Below are positions 14,424 to 30,040 of a DNA stretch of 43,092 nt, piece after piece. The stretch covers positions 1 through 43,092 of the forward strand of contig CAXHJY010001378.1 in NCBI GenBank assembly GCA_964016885.1, written 5' to 3'. The notes beneath the pieces were generated by a model that was given only the letters and a program-made list of their open reading frames with translations, was not told the DNA's origin and did no database searches. The translations under genes and the position numbers were made by a program. Origin of the DNA: Eledone cirrhosa (Eukaryota). The first letter of the stretch is position 1; each line of letters begins with the position of its first letter.

Positions 14424-14762
14424 GGTTCTCCGAAGGGTCTTTAGAGTAACGTTACTTGATAAAGTGCGTAGCTCGGATATCAGAAAGTTACTTCAGGTAG
14501 AGCCACTAATTCTTCGAATTGAAAGATCACAGATCCGATACCTCGGGGCCCGTGGTTAAAGGGTCTCAGGAAAGATGCGCTGGGCAGGTTTTAGAAGCAA
14601 AACCAACGAGCAGGAGACTCCGAGCAAGATGGTTGGATGACAACCATGAGCTTGGGAATCCTACCGGATCAGTTGGAGCCGGTTGCTTCTGACAGGACCC
14701 GCTGAAGGAGTGTTTGAGGAGTCTGCCTCTACGACCCTCTCAAGAAGAAGAAAGAAAGAAAG
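14424..14762 (+). pseudogene. Old 3' fragment of an RTE LINE
   Basis: Manual translation LRRVFRVTLLDKVRSSDIRKLLQVEPLILRIERSQIRYLG (post-RT region), ending in an (AAG/GAAA)n tail. Confidence 0.75.
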
Positions 14763-14763
14763 A

Positions 14764-14982
14764 TTTCTCATTTAGGAACAAGGCCAGAAATCTGTTGTTA
14801 TTTTTAGGTGGTGGTGGTGGTGGCAAAGTTGATTAAATCAACCCCAGTATTTTACTAGTATCTTATTTCATCGACGCTCACCCCGCCACCGAAAGGATAA
14901 AAAGGCAAAGTTGACCTCAGCGGAATTTGAACTCTGGATAACACTAAAGAAATTGTCCGATGCTCTAACGATTCTGCCAATA
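14764..14982 (-). mobile_element. tRNA-derived SINE, family A
   Basis: Minus strand TTGGCAGAATCGTTAGAGC...GAGTTCAAATTCCGCTGAGGTCAACTTTGCCTTT... Confidence 0.8.
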
Positions 14983-15055
14983 CAATATGATTATTAACTA
15001 TTATTAACTACGCTGATTTGCAATTCGTACATTCATTGTAGTAGTAGTAAATCGG

Positions 15056-15222
15056 TAGGTTAGCAAAATCGTTAGAGCATTGGATAAAATGCTTTGCAGT
15101 ATTTAGTTACGGCCCTTTGCGTTCCGGGGTCGATAAAATAAAGTACCAGTAACGCACTGGTGTCCATTTAATTGACTTTACCCTCCCCAAAATTGCTGGC
15201 CTTGTGCCTAAATCAAAAGCTA
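15056..15222 (+). mobile_element. tRNA-derived SINE, family A, internally deleted
   Basis: AGCAAAATCGTTAGAGC...GGGGTCGATAAAATAAAGTACCAG...GGCCTTGTGCCTAAA. Confidence 0.8.
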
Positions 15223-15243
15223 TTATTATTGTTGATTAGTAGT

Positions 15244-15447
15244 AATCGGTAGAGCGTCGGACATGCTTTGCGGCAGAGTTACGGCCCTTTACTTTCAGGG
15301 TTCAAATCCAGCTGAGGTTAGCTTTGCTTTTCCTCCTTACAGGGTCGATAAAATAAAGTACCAGTAACGCACGCCCGCACTGGGTCGATTTAATCGACTT
15401 TCCCTTCCCTCCAAATTGTTGGCCTTGTGCCTAAATCAGAAAGTATT
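15244..15447 (+). mobile_element. tRNA-derived SINE, family A
   Basis: B-box-like GGTTCAAATCC, core GGGTCGATAAAATAAAGTACCAG and the family tail. Confidence 0.82.
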
Positions 15448-15864
15448 AGCAGTAATTGTGGTAGTAGAAGTAGTAATGGTAGTAGTAGTAGTAGCAGTGG
15501 TGGTGGTGGTAGTAGTATAGCGGTACACTAGTAAAATCAGTAAGTAGAGCGTGACTGTTTAGTTACATCCCTCCCTTTGTAATCGAATATTATCGTTGTA
15601 TGAGTTTCTCTTACCCTCCTGGGCCCAACAATGTCAAGTAGCAGTTTTTATTGTCACTGTCTAACCTTAGGTCAACTCTAACAAAGCTCACCTACACTCA
15701 AAGACATTCTAGTCGTGACTATCCCGTTTGTTTATATTTTATTTTATTAACATATACTGTATATTTACATTATCCAATGTATCTTTCGTTTATTTTCAGA
15801 GGGTGGCTTATGATTGATTTGAGGGAGTTTTGGCTGTTATTACTAACAGGACGAATGTTCACAT

Positions 15865-16238
15865 AGTATTTAGTTACAACGCTTTGCGTTTGAATTACCA
15901 ATACTTCCGAGAGGTCAATAAAATTCTAAAGTACTGGAGTCGATTGCCTTCGGGGTCATAGGGTACCAGTAAAGTACTTGGGTTCGATTTAATAGATAAA
16001 CTAACTCCTACCCTCACCAACACCACACACAAAGCAACCTCTGTTTTTAACATTCACTGAGGTCAACTTTACCTTTCATCCTTCCGGGAGGTCATAAAAT
16101 AAATACCAGTTAAGTACGAGGTCGATTCCTTTCGAAGTTAATAAAATAAAGTACCAATAAAATACTTAAATCGATATAATAGACATCCCCGCCTCACCCC
16201 AAAAAGAATTGCTGGCCTTTGTCCTAAATTAGAAGTTA
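15865..16238 (+). mobile_element. Several decayed or partial family A SINE cores in tandem
   Basis: Repeated variants of GGTCxATAAAATAAAGTACCAG and a terminal GCTGGCCTTTGTCCTAAATTAGAA. Confidence 0.65.
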
Positions 16239-16729
16239 TTACTAAGCAGTATGTTAAATAATTTTCAACTTTCGTGAGCCGATATTTGCTTTTTATTTTG
16301 TTTTCGGCACCAGTAACTAAAACATTAACTTCACTAATAAACCGTGTAATGTTAATTGTAATACTACTCCCACCCCTCACCTCCACCCCGGGAGTCAGGG
16401 AAAGAGAGAAGGAAAGAAGGAAGGATTGGTTAGTATCGAAAAATAGTTTCTTGAACCCAACGTCAGCCATGACTGAAACAGATCACCTCTGATTATCAAA
16501 GGTGTTTCAGGCGTGACCGTACAGAAACACACTACAAAGGAACACATTTTCTAACGTGCACTTTCCTTTATTTAAGATGGTATGGTGTAATTTGAGGGAC
16601 ATTTGGCTGCTATTTCTAGCAGCATGTCGACCGATGACCTAGACTACATATAAACGTAGGGACTCCCACGTTCGACACATCAGGTCAGATTGGCGCGCGC
16701 GTGTGTGTATATATGTGTGTGTGTATATC

Positions 16730-17258
<529 letters not shown>

Positions 17259-17318
17259 TGTATGTATATATATATATATATGTATTTTTATATATATATA
17301 TATTTTTATATATATATA

Positions 17319-17349
<31 letters not shown>

Positions 17350-17430
17350 GTATTTTTATATATATATATATGTATTTTTATATATATGTATTTTTATATA
17401 TATATATATTTTTATAGATATATATATATT

Positions 17431-17500
<70 letters not shown>

Positions 17501-17539
17501 CTATATATATATATATATATATTCATATATATTCATATA

Positions 17540-19853
17540 TCCAACCTTAACTTCTACAAGGCTAACTGGAAAAAGATTAAGAGTGAAATCCAGAAGCAAA
17601 CATGGAGTGAAAACATCACCACACAAGACACTAACACACAATTTCAACACTTCATGACAACGATACACACCATATGCAAAAAGTGTGTCCCGGAGAAAGA
17701 GGCAAACAGACACAAAAATCTTATTCCCAGAGATAGGAAAATCCTTATGAGACGTAGAACTAAACTCTCAAACCAGTTGAATAGTCAACAAAACCAAAAC
17801 AAGAAGGAATCCTATTTGAAACGTGCACTACTTGACACCGAGATTGCACTCAAACTTTCACATGAGAATGAGAGGGCAAAGAAAGAGAACAGGGCCATAG
17901 AAAACATTAAAACAAACCCTAAGGCCTTCTTTAAATTTGCAAAAGAAACTGCCTCAGTACACTGCAAGATTGGACCACTCTTCCACATGGACGGTTCATT
18001 AACCGAAAATCCCCAAGAGATATGTGAAATACTGAACGAACAGTACAAAAGTGTCTTCACATGTCCACTGAGGCACATGCAAATAACGAAGCCAGAGGAG
18101 TTCTTTGATGCCACAACACTACATCAAGAAATGGCAACCATCAACCACATAGACATAACGGAGGAGGATGTGGTGTACGCCATTGATGAAATTAGAACAG
18201 ACTCGGCTGCTGGACCTGATGGATTCCCAGCAGTTCTCCTAAAAATATGTAAGCGGGCCTTAGCAACTCCACTGAAGATGCTCTTCAGAAGCTCCTTGGC
18301 TAGCGGTGTACTACCCAGGGAGCTGAAAGAAGGCACAATATGCCCTATCCATAAAGGAGGTAGTAGAGCGGAGGCCAAGAACTATAGGCCAGTCTCCCTG
18401 ACGTCGCATATCAGTAAGGTCATGGAGCGAGTCGTCAGAAAGAAACTAATCACTTTCCTCGAAGAAAATGACCGCCTGACTAGCACGCAACATGGCTTCC
18501 GCCCATGAAGAAGCTGCCTTACACAGCTGCTACATCACTACGACTGGGTACTGAGACAACTACTAGACAGCTCACATGTGGACGTGATATATCTTGACTT
18601 TGCGAAGGCCTTTGACAAGGTCGACCACGGAATGATATGTCACAAACTACACGGACTCGGCATAACTGGAAAAGTAGGTGAGTGGCTGCATGGCTTCCTA
18701 AGGGACAGAAGCCAGGCAGTCGCAGCAAATGGGGCCCTCTCGAGGGAAACACCGATAACAAGTGGGGTGCCCCAGGGGACAGTCCTGGGACCACTACTGT
18801 TTTTGGTGGCTCTCTTGGACATGCCCTCTGTGGTGCATGCAACAACATCCCTCACTAGCTATGCTGATGACACTAAGGTAGCACAGGCAATCAAAAACCC
18901 GGCTGACGCTGCCCTCTTACAGCAGGATCTGGATGCCATATACAGATGGGCGGAAGAAAACAACATGCAGTTTAATGCTGGCAAATTCCAAGCCCTACAA
19001 TACAAACCTGCAAACACAAACACAAATATAGCGGAACACAGCTACACAGGACCAGGAGGGACCGATATCCCCGTGTCAAAATCGATACGAGACCTGGGCA
19101 TAGACATGAGCGATGATGCATCTTTTTCTTCACACATCATGAAGGTGGCGAGAACATGTAAACGATTCGCTGGCTGGATCTTGAGGACTTTCCTTACAAG
19201 AGATCGAGACACCATGTTGACACTGTGGAGGACTTTTGTCCTAAGCCGCCTGGACTACTGCTCCCAGCTGTGGTCACCCCATAGTGTCAAACTAACCACG
19301 GAGCTTGAGGCAATCCAGCGAAGCTACACCAAGAGGATTGCCAAGATAAGGGAGACAAGCTACTGGGAGAGGCTAAAGGAACTGAACCTCTACTCCTTGG
19401 AGCGAAGACGGGAGAGATACGCAGTGATCTACATGTGGAAAATCCTGGAAGGACTAGCACCAAACTTTGGCATTGGGAGCTGGACCAACCGTCGAACAGG
19501 ACGTCACTGTGTGGTGCCAAAAGTCCCGTCTTCCACATCTAGAATAAGGAGCAGGTATTGCAATAGCCTGGGATTCAAGGGCCCTCAACTCTTCAACAGG
19601 CTGCCGAGGCATCTGCGAGACTTGCATGACGTGGAGGTGGATGTCTTTAAGAAACATCTCGACACCTTGTTATCCAGGATCCCGGATGAGCCCACAGCAA
19701 GACACGAGGGAAACCTAAGGGCAGCAGCAACAAACTCCCTCCTACACCAGTGGCCAACCTATACAGGCTGGAGATAAAATGTGTAGCAACAAGGGCGGTG
19801 CCCCAGCATGGCCTCAGCCGGATGGCTGAAACAGGTAAAAGAGTAAAAGAGTA
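17540..19853 (+). mobile_element. 5'-truncated CR1-group LINE ORF2 with one in-frame stop at 18506-18508
   Basis: ORFs 17258-18508 and 18578-19777 are in the same frame: [61 protein letters not shown]. Tail of GTAAAAGA repeats. Confidence 0.93.
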
Positions 19854-19931
19854 TTCATATATATATTTATATATATATATATATATATATATTCATATAT
19901 ATATATATATAATATATATATATTTATATAT

Positions 19932-20053
19932 AGTAGAATAATCGAGTATCGAAAAATCGGCGCACGAGTTCACGATAAACAAAATTCGACATGAGTGGCA
20001 GAGGGCTCAATAATTCAGATAAATCAGAGCTATAACTATCGTTAAAATACCAA

Positions 20054-20057
<4 letters not shown>
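19932..20057 (-). mobile_element. Short dispersed repeat, probable pseudo-LTR 3' end; same family as 29372-29577
   Basis: Reverse complement matches about 29456-29577. Bulged stem at 20005-20030. Confidence 0.7.
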
Positions 20058-20120
<63 letters not shown>

Positions 20121-20436
20121 CATATATATATATATATATATTTTTTTATTCATATATATATTTATATATATATATTTATATATATATATATATATATATT
20201 CATATATATATATATATATATTTATATATTTATTTATATATATATATATATATTCATATATATATATATATATTTATATATTTATTTATATATATATATA
20301 TATTTATATATTTATTTATATATATATATATATATATAAATTCATATATATATATATATATATTTATATATTTATTTATATATATATATATATATATTTA
20401 TATATTTATTTATATATATATATATATTTATTTATA

Positions 20437-20467
<31 letters not shown>

Positions 20468-20471
20468 TTAT

Positions 20472-20900
20472 ATGCAAAGTTTTATTTAAATTGTTGGGTT
20501 ACAACGAGTAAATATTTATAACTGATATAAAAGCACTCAACAAATATTTGGCGTATATTTACGATATTAAATAAATGGAAACTATATTTATTTCATTATA
20601 TATATTTCAGGGATATCATATTAAAAATATGGTATGCCTTCATCAGACAAAATACAATATAAACAGTCTTATAAATAGATAGATTTGACTACCAAATATA
20701 TATATATTTGGACTACCAAATCAACTTTTTAAATGGAAGTTGAAGTTGTAAGGTATGTCAAATCTATCTATTTATAAGACTGTTTATATTGTATTTTGTC
20801 TGATGAAGGTATACCATATTTTTAATATGATATCCCTGAAATATATATAATGAAATAAATATGGTTTTATAAATATAGTTTCCATTTATTTAATATCGTA
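20472..20900. mobile_element. Inverted pair of PLE pseudo-LTRs with HHRs at 20589-20654(-) and 20792-20857(+)
   Basis: Arms about 20560-20689 and 20757-20900 are reverse complements with one indel. Same HHR as at 16793. Confidence 0.82.
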
Positions 20901-20914
20901 TATATATTTATATA

Positions 20915-20955
<41 letters not shown>

Positions 20956-20976
20956 TTATTTATATATATATATATT

Positions 20977-21009
<33 letters not shown>

Positions 21010-21046
21010 TTATTTATATATATATATATTTATTTATATATATATA

Positions 21047-21081
<35 letters not shown>

Positions 21082-21180
21082 TTATATATATATATATTTA
21101 TATATATATATATTTATATATATATATATATATATATTCATATATATATATATATATATATATTTATTTATATATATATA

Positions 21181-21212
<32 letters not shown>

Positions 21213-21232
21213 CATATATATATATATATATA

Positions 21233-21302
<70 letters not shown>

Positions 21303-21324
21303 TATATATATATATATATATATA

Positions 21325-21368
<44 letters not shown>

Positions 21369-21625
21369 TATATATATACATATATATATATATTCATATA
21401 TATATATATATTCATATATATATACATATATATATATATATATTCATATATATATACATATATATAATATATATATTCATATATATATATATATATTCAT
21501 ATATATATATATATATTCATATATATATACATATATATATATATATATTCATATATATATACATATATATATATTCATATATATATACATATATATATAT
21601 TCATATATATATATATATATATATA

Positions 21626-21659
<34 letters not shown>

Positions 21660-21820
21660 TATATATATATATATATATATTTATTCATATATATATATAT
21701 ATATTTATTTTCATATATATATATATATTATTTATTCATATATATATATATATATATTTATTTATATATATATATATATTTATTTATATATATATATATA
21801 TTTATTTATATATATATATA

Positions 21821-21879
<59 letters not shown>

Positions 21880-22022
21880 TTATTTATATATATATATATA
21901 TATATTTATTTATATATATATATATATATATTTATTTATATATATATATATATATTTATTTATATATATATATATATTTATTTATATATATATATATATA
22001 TTTATTTATATATATATATATA

Positions 22023-22061
<39 letters not shown>

Positions 22062-22405
22062 TTATATATATATTTATTTATATATATATATATTTATTTA
22101 TATATATATATATTTATTTATATATATTTATTTATATATATATTTATTTATTATATATATAATTTATTTATATATATATATATTTATTTATATATATATA
22201 TATATATTTATTTATATATATATATATATTTATTTATATATATATATATATTTATTTATATATATATTTATTTATATATATATATATTTATTTATATATA
22301 TATATTTATTTATATATATATATATATTTATTTATATATATATATTTATTTATATATATATTTATTTATATATATATATATTCATATATATATATATATA
22401 TATTC

Positions 22406-22463
<58 letters not shown>

Positions 22464-22492
22464 ATATTTATTTATATATTTATTTATATATA

Positions 22493-22539
<47 letters not shown>

Positions 22540-22685
22540 ATATATTCATATATATATATATATATATTTATATATTATTTATATATATATATATTTATTT
22601 ATATATATATATATATATTTATTTATATATATATATATATATTTATTTATATATATATATATATATTTATTTATATATATATATA

Positions 22686-22717
<32 letters not shown>

Positions 22718-22718
22718 A

Positions 22719-22787
<69 letters not shown>

Positions 22788-22800
22788 TATATATATATAT
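20901..22800. repeat. About 1.9 kb (TA)n microsatellite with TTTA and TTCA interruptions
   Basis: Visible directly. Confidence 0.97.
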
Positions 22801-24496
22801 ATCATCATCATCATCATCATTTTACGTCCGCTTTTCCCTGCTTGCAAGGGTGGGACGGGTCTTATTCTGCACAGCATCTCTTCACTCGTCACGGTCCCTC
22901 GTCATCTCCACCGTGAGCTTCAATGATCTGAGGTCTGTTCTCACCACCTCCGCCCATGTTTTTCGTGGTCTACCTCTACCACGTCTTCCTTCAACTGGCA
23001 TTTCCTGGCACTTCTTCACCCATCGGTCATCCTCCATGCGCATCACATGTCCATACCACCTCAGTCTCCTCTCCCGTACACTACATTCTATCCCTCTCAG
23101 ACACAGTTTCTCTCTCAACACTGGGTCGTTCACGCACATTTACACTGCACATCCAACGGAGCATGCTTGCCTCATTTCTCTCCAGCCGTCGCATATCCTC
23201 TGCGGTTGCTGCCCATGTCTCACTACCATGCAGCATCGCGCTCCTCACACAGGCATCATACAACCGGCCTTTCGTACGCAGGGAGAAACCCTTCTTCGTC
23301 AACAGAGGAAGCAGCTCCCTAAACTTCTTCCAACCCGTCCTTATTCTAGATACTATGACCTCGGAACACCCTCCTCCCATGCTAATCTGATCTCCTAGGT
23401 ACTGGAAGCTATCCACCACTTCTATAGCGCCCTCTCGCATTTGAAAAATGTGTCTATCAGTGCGACTTCTACTGTCTAATTTCCCTGTACATCTACTGCA
23501 TACATATTTCTCCCTACCTGTTAGTTTGCCTGCTATCCCGCTACATCTCTTGTGTACCCAGGACCTGCATTGTGTGCATTTTATAGAATTTATGCCAGTT
23601 CCTTTTCTGCATATCGAACATGGCCATTTCCCTGACGGAATCAGGGTTTTGTCCTCTTTTCTACTCATCAACACTTTTGTCTTAGCTAGATTTACTCTCA
23701 GTCCTCTTGCTTCCAACTGCTGTTTCATAGCCGGAATTTATTCTCTAGCTCCTCTACTGATTCTGCCATAAGAGCCAGATCGTCAGCATAGAGAAGTTCC
23801 CATGGACAGCCAATCTTAAACTCCTCTGTTATGGCTTGGAGGACTATAATGAACAAGAGCGGGCTGAGGACCGAACCCTGATGTACTCCTACTTGTATCT
23901 GGAATTCCTCACTAAACTCCATTCCTACCCTGACTTTACTGAGAGTACCTCTGTACAAAGTTTGCACTGTCCTCACAAGCAATTCCTCAACACCCAGCTT
24001 CCTTAGGGACCACCAGATGACAGATCGGGGTACCCTATCAAAGGCCTTCTCTAGGTCAACAAAGGCTAAGTATAGTGGCTTATTCTTCTCTAAGAACCTC
24101 TCTTGCATTTGTCTCACCAAGAAGAGGGCATCTGTTGTACTCTTCCCAGGCACAAAACCAAACTGCATCTCATCTAGTTTGACCCTTTCTCTAATTAGTT
24201 GTGCTAAAATCCTTTTTGCCACTTTCATAACCTGATCTATCAGTTTTATACCCCTATAATTGCATAATTGCTCCTCTCCAAAGCATCCCCTTTACCTTTG
24301 TAGTAATTTATGAGAATACTGCTGCACCAGTCTTTGGGTATGACACCACCATATATAGCCTGATTGATGATGCGTGCAACCAGTTTAGTGCCTACGTCCC
24401 CTGATGCCTTCAGCATCTCAGCAACTATTCCCGATGGTCCGGCCGCCTTACCATTTTTCATTTCCCTAATCGCCTCTTGGACCCTATATTCGTCAA
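22801..24496 (-). mobile_element. 5'-truncated, frameshifted RTE LINE with a PHD-like finger in the RT and an (ATG)n tail
   Basis: ORF pieces 24246-24496, 23725-24228, 23081-23728 and 22882-23139 give [45 protein letters not shown]...CTQC...HKRC...CSRC, RRLRWYGHV and GRGRP. Confidence 0.93.
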
Positions 24497-24515
24497 TATA
24501 TATATATATAAATAA

Positions 24516-24548
<33 letters not shown>

Positions 24549-24710
24549 TATATATATATAAATAAATATATATATATATAAATAAATATATATATATATA
24601 AAATAAATATATATATATATATAAATAAATAAATATATATATATATATAAATAAATAAATATATATATATATATATATAAATAAATATATATATATATAT
24701 ATATAAATAA

Positions 24711-24741
<31 letters not shown>

Positions 24742-24790
24742 TATATATATATATATATAAATAAATATATATATATATATATATAAATAA

Positions 24791-24940
24791 ATAGAGAAGT
24801 TCCCATGGACAGCCAGTCTTAAACTCCTCTGTTATGGCTTGGAGAACTATAATGAACAAGAGCGGGCTGAGGACCGAACCCTGATGTACTCCTACTTGTA
24901 TCTGGAATTCCTCACTAAACTCCATTCCTACCCTGACTTT
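24791..24940 (-). mobile_element. Isolated 150-bp RT fragment of the adjacent RTE family
   Basis: Nearly identical to about 23789-23937 (KVRVGMEF...PWELLY). Confidence 0.88.
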
Positions 24941-25247
24941 CTCTGCTAAAATGTATCACTAGAGTTGATTCCAATTTTTCCAGCCATCCATCCATCCTCA
25001 CTAATCTCCGAAGGTATTTTAGCCTACATATTGTTGTTAATATTAATGATGTCCCCTGCTGTATTAGCGATAAATATTCGAGGGTTTTTCTTAGTAATTT
25101 TCATGACGTTATTATTGTTAATTTTACTGATGTAGTATTAACTTGGATATTTACCATGCAGTATTCTAATTCTATTGTATCTCTCTCAGTTATTTACCAT
25201 GCGACCCTCAGTTCCTACCTCACAAGCTCCCATTGTCAACTCCCATT

Positions 25248-27030
25248 AGCATCATTGTCAACTGCTACAAAGGTAAAGGCGATGCACTAGATAGAGGAAA
25301 CTATAGAGGTATAAAGTTGATGGACCAGGTCATGAAAGTAACAGAAAGAGTTATAGCACAGCTGATTAGGGACCGGGTGAATATAGACGAGATGCAATTT
25401 GGGTTTGTACCAGGGAAAGGCACCACTGATGCCCTCTTCCTTGTGAGGCAATTACAGGAAAAGTACCTAGCTAAAAGTAAGCCACTCTACTTGGCATTTG
25501 TCGACCTTGAGAAAGCCTTTGACAGAGTTCCACGTGCAGTAATCTGGTGGGCTCTTAGAAAACTAGGAGTAGATGAATGGCTTGTGAAAGCGGTACAAGC
25601 CATGTATAGGGGAGCAGTCAGCAAAGTTAGGATTAGCAATGAGTATAGCGAGGAATTTAGCGTACAGGTTGGGGTCCACCAGGGCTCTGTTCTTAGCCCT
25701 CTCCTGTTCATCATAGTCTTGCAGGCAATAACGGAAGAGTTTAAGACCGGATGCCCATGGGAACTCCTGTATGCTGATGACCTCGCACTCATAGCTGAAT
25801 CTATGGTAGAACTAGAGAATAAATTCCAAACCTGGAAGCAGGGACTAGAGAGAAAGGGCCTCAAAGTCAACATGACAAAGACTAAGGTCCTTATAAGTAG
25901 ACGAGAAAACAGAACCCAGATCCCCTCAGGGAAATGGCCTTGCTCAGTATGTAGGAAAGGTGTAGGTAGGAACTCCATTCTCTGCCCCAAATGCAAACAA
26001 TGGGTACACAAGAGATGTAGCGGGATCTCAGGAAGCTTAATTAAGAATGTAGGATTCACATGCAGCAGCTGTGCTGAAACAGCAAACAAACAGCCACAGG
26101 AAACAAGTACCACCAATCTCTGGGAGGGCCCTGTAGAAACAGTAGACAGCTTCTGCTACCTAGGTGACCGAATTAGCAACGGAGGTGGGTGCTCAGAAAG
26201 TACAATAACTAGGGTAAGAACGGGATGGAAGAAGTTTAGGGAACTACTACCACTGCTAGCTGCAAAAGGCTTCTCCCTCAGAATGAAAGGCAGACTGTAT
26301 GATGCGTGTATCCGAACAGCGATGTTGCATGGTAGTGAGACCTGGGCGCTGAAGGTGGAAGACTTACGTAGATTAGAGAGAAACGAAGCCTGCATGCTCC
26401 GATGGATGTGTAACAGTAATATACGCGAACGACAAAGCATAAAGGAATTGAGAGAGAGACTGAGCATAAGAGGAATCAAATGCTGCGTGCAGGAGAGGCG
26501 GTTACGCTGGTATGGACATGTGATGCGTATGAAGGATGACAGCTGCATAAAAAGGTGCAGAGCACTAGAAGTTGATGGAAACCGCGGAGTGGGGAGACCC
26601 AAGATGACTTGGGATGAGGTGATAAAAGCCGACCTTACCCAACTACACCTCTCAAAGTCAATGACACACGACCGTGACTTCTGGCGTCACGCAGTAATAC
26701 AGGGTACCCGACCTCCCATGGGTACATGCTGAAGCATATAAACAATATGCCCTCCCCCCCACCGCAAGGTGGTCGTGGAGGTGCCACGGCAAAAAAAAAG
26801 CACCCAGCCCACACTGTAAAGTGGACGTGTAGGCGCCACGAAAAAGCATCCAGCACTCACTGTAAATGAGGTTGGTGTTAGGAAGGGCATCCAGCTGTAG
26901 AAATCAAGCCAGATCAGTTCCTGTATGAGCAAGGCATGGTCAGCCGACCAGACACTGCCCACAACAGGACAACCCGTCTAACCCATGCTAGCGTGGAAGA
27001 ACGGACGTAAAACGGTGATGATGATGATAT
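25248..27030 (+). mobile_element. 5'-truncated RTE LINE: uninterrupted RT with PHD-like insert (ORF to 26732), 3' UTR and (ATG)n tail
   Basis: 499-aa ORF with NYRGIKL, FVDLEKAFDRV, LYADD, CSVC..CPKC..HKRC..CSSC, FCYLG and GVGRP. Confidence 0.94.
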
Positions 27031-27762
<732 letters not shown>

Positions 27763-27777
27763 GCGTGTGTTTCTATA

Positions 27778-27828
27778 TGGTGCGTGTGTTTCTTATTGGC
27801 AACATGACCCTCCCAAAGTATAACAATA
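27778..27828 (+). mobile_element. 51-bp extreme 3' end of the 4291 PLE family
   Basis: TGGTGCGTGTGTTTCTTATTGGCAACATGACCCTCCCAAAGTATAACAATA is the reverse complement of 11830-11880. Confidence 0.85.
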
Positions 27829-27867
27829 TATATATATCAATATATATATATATATATATATATCAAT

Positions 27868-28705
27868 GGAAAAATTTGAACAGGGACAAAACAGAGAGGC
27901 AGTACAACGAATGTTTATTAATTTCACGCTCTGGAGAGTGGGGTGTTGGTGGGGGACGACGTTTCGGGCATAAGCCCTTCCTCAGGTGAGAAGTGTCTGG
28001 GAACAGAGTTCAAAGAGTGTGTAGGGGAGTGGTGGAGAGACATATAGCGAAAGGAAACGGTGCGAATGAAAAAAATAAAAATAAAATTAAAAATAAAGCA
28101 TGATCAAAATACAAGGAATGAAATAAATTTAAATATAAAAGCATGATCAAAATAAACTGAAATTAAAAAGGGGGGTAAAACAGGTGGTGGAAGGGTGTGG
28201 GGTGTGTAGGGGTGGTGGCGGGTCGAGTGGGGAGATGGAGACGGGGTGTCCGAGCGGGGAGGGCTGAAGGTGGTGTGTGTGTGTAGGTGTACGTGTGTGT
28301 GTGTCTGTGAAAGTAAGGGTTGGGGGAAGAACGGGGTTGCATGTTCAGGAAGAGGTGTGTGTGGGGGGCGGTCGGAGTGTCTGTGCGTGTGTGGATAGAG
28401 GGGTGGGGGGAATCAGGAGGCTGAGGGTGTAAATATGTGGTGGAAAGCACGTGTGTGTGGGGTATAAGTGCGTTGTGGGTGTAGGTGGCGTGTGGAGAAA
28501 AAAATTGTTTTGGGGTGTGTGTGTGGGTGAGTTATATAGGTGATTACGTAAGAGGATGGTTGAAAAGTTGGTAAAATCCTAAGGTGTTTAGTGGATTCTG
28601 TGGTGGTCAATTTCTGCGTGCGAGTATTCCATGAAGCGATGGTCGGAAGAGGAGAGATGTGGTGTGCGCGCGCAACAGGAAGTGGTCAAGCAGTGGGAGT
28701 GCTGT
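27868..28705 (-). mobile_element. Non-coding 3' part of the PLE family at 30040-32493, with an HHR core at 27956-27987
   Basis: Colinear with 30040-30883. Minus strand AC-CTGAGGA-AGGGC ttat GCCC-GAAA-CG-TC-GT. Confidence 0.85.
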
Positions 28706-28713
28706 GTGTCTGT

Positions 28714-29215
28714 TTATATATATATATATATCAATATATATATATATATATATATCAATATATATATATATATATTAATATATCAATATATATATATATA
28801 TATATATTAATATATCAATATATATATATATATATATTAATATATCAATATATATATATATATATATATATTAATATATCAATATATATATATATATATA
28901 TATTAATATATCAATATATATATTAATATATCAATATATATATATATTAATATATCAATATATATATATATATATTAATATATCAATATATATATATATA
29001 TATATATTAATATATCAATATATATATATATATATATATATCAATATATATATATATCAATATATATATATATATATTAATATATATATATATATATATA
29101 TATTAATATATCAATATATATATATATATATATATATATCAATATATCAATATATATATATATCAATATATATATATATATATATTAATATATATATATA
29201 TATATATTAATATAT

Positions 29216-29279
<64 letters not shown>

Positions 29280-29356
29280 CAATATATATATATTAATATA
29301 TAAATATATCAATATATATATTTATATATATATATTAATATATCAATATATATATT
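28714..29356. repeat. (TA)n microsatellite with TCAA and TTAA interruptions
   Basis: Visible directly. Confidence 0.95.
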
Positions 29357-29371
29357 TGATTTATTGATTTA

Positions 29372-29729
<358 letters not shown>

Positions 29730-29750
29730 ATATCAATATATATATATATA

Positions 29751-29990
29751 TGGAGGCACATGGCTTAGTGGTTAGAGCATTGGCCCTTGCAATCAAAAGG
29801 TTGTGAGTTCAATTCTCAGACCGGGTGATGTGTTGTTTCCTTGGCAAAAAAGCACCCAGTACTCACTGTAAATGAGGTTGGTGTTAGGAAGGGCATCCAG
29901 CTGTAGAAATCAAGCCAGAATCAGTTCCCGTCCCACCCTTGCAAGCAGGGAAAAGCGGACGTAAAATGAAATGATGATGATGATGATGAT
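29751..29990 (+). mobile_element. tRNA-derived SINE, family B, with an RTE-derived 3' tail
   Basis: A box TGGCTTAGTGG and B box AGTTCAATTCT. 29846-29928 matches the RTE 3' UTR at 26842-26921. 29927-29968 matches the reverse complement of 22818-22859. (ATG)n tail. Confidence 0.88.
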
Positions 29991-29998
29991 ATATATAT

Positions 29999-30039
<41 letters not shown>

Positions 30040-30040
<1 letters not shown>

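Noticed and set aside
18506-18508. In-frame TGA in the CR1-group ORF as a possible selenocysteine or readthrough codon
   Set aside because: It falls at a position that is usually Gly (GFRxGRS), so a GGA-to-TGA nonsense change or a base error is simpler.
29751-29825. tRNA gene
   Set aside because: It has A and B boxes but no good acceptor stem and continues into a LINE-derived tail, so it is a SINE head.
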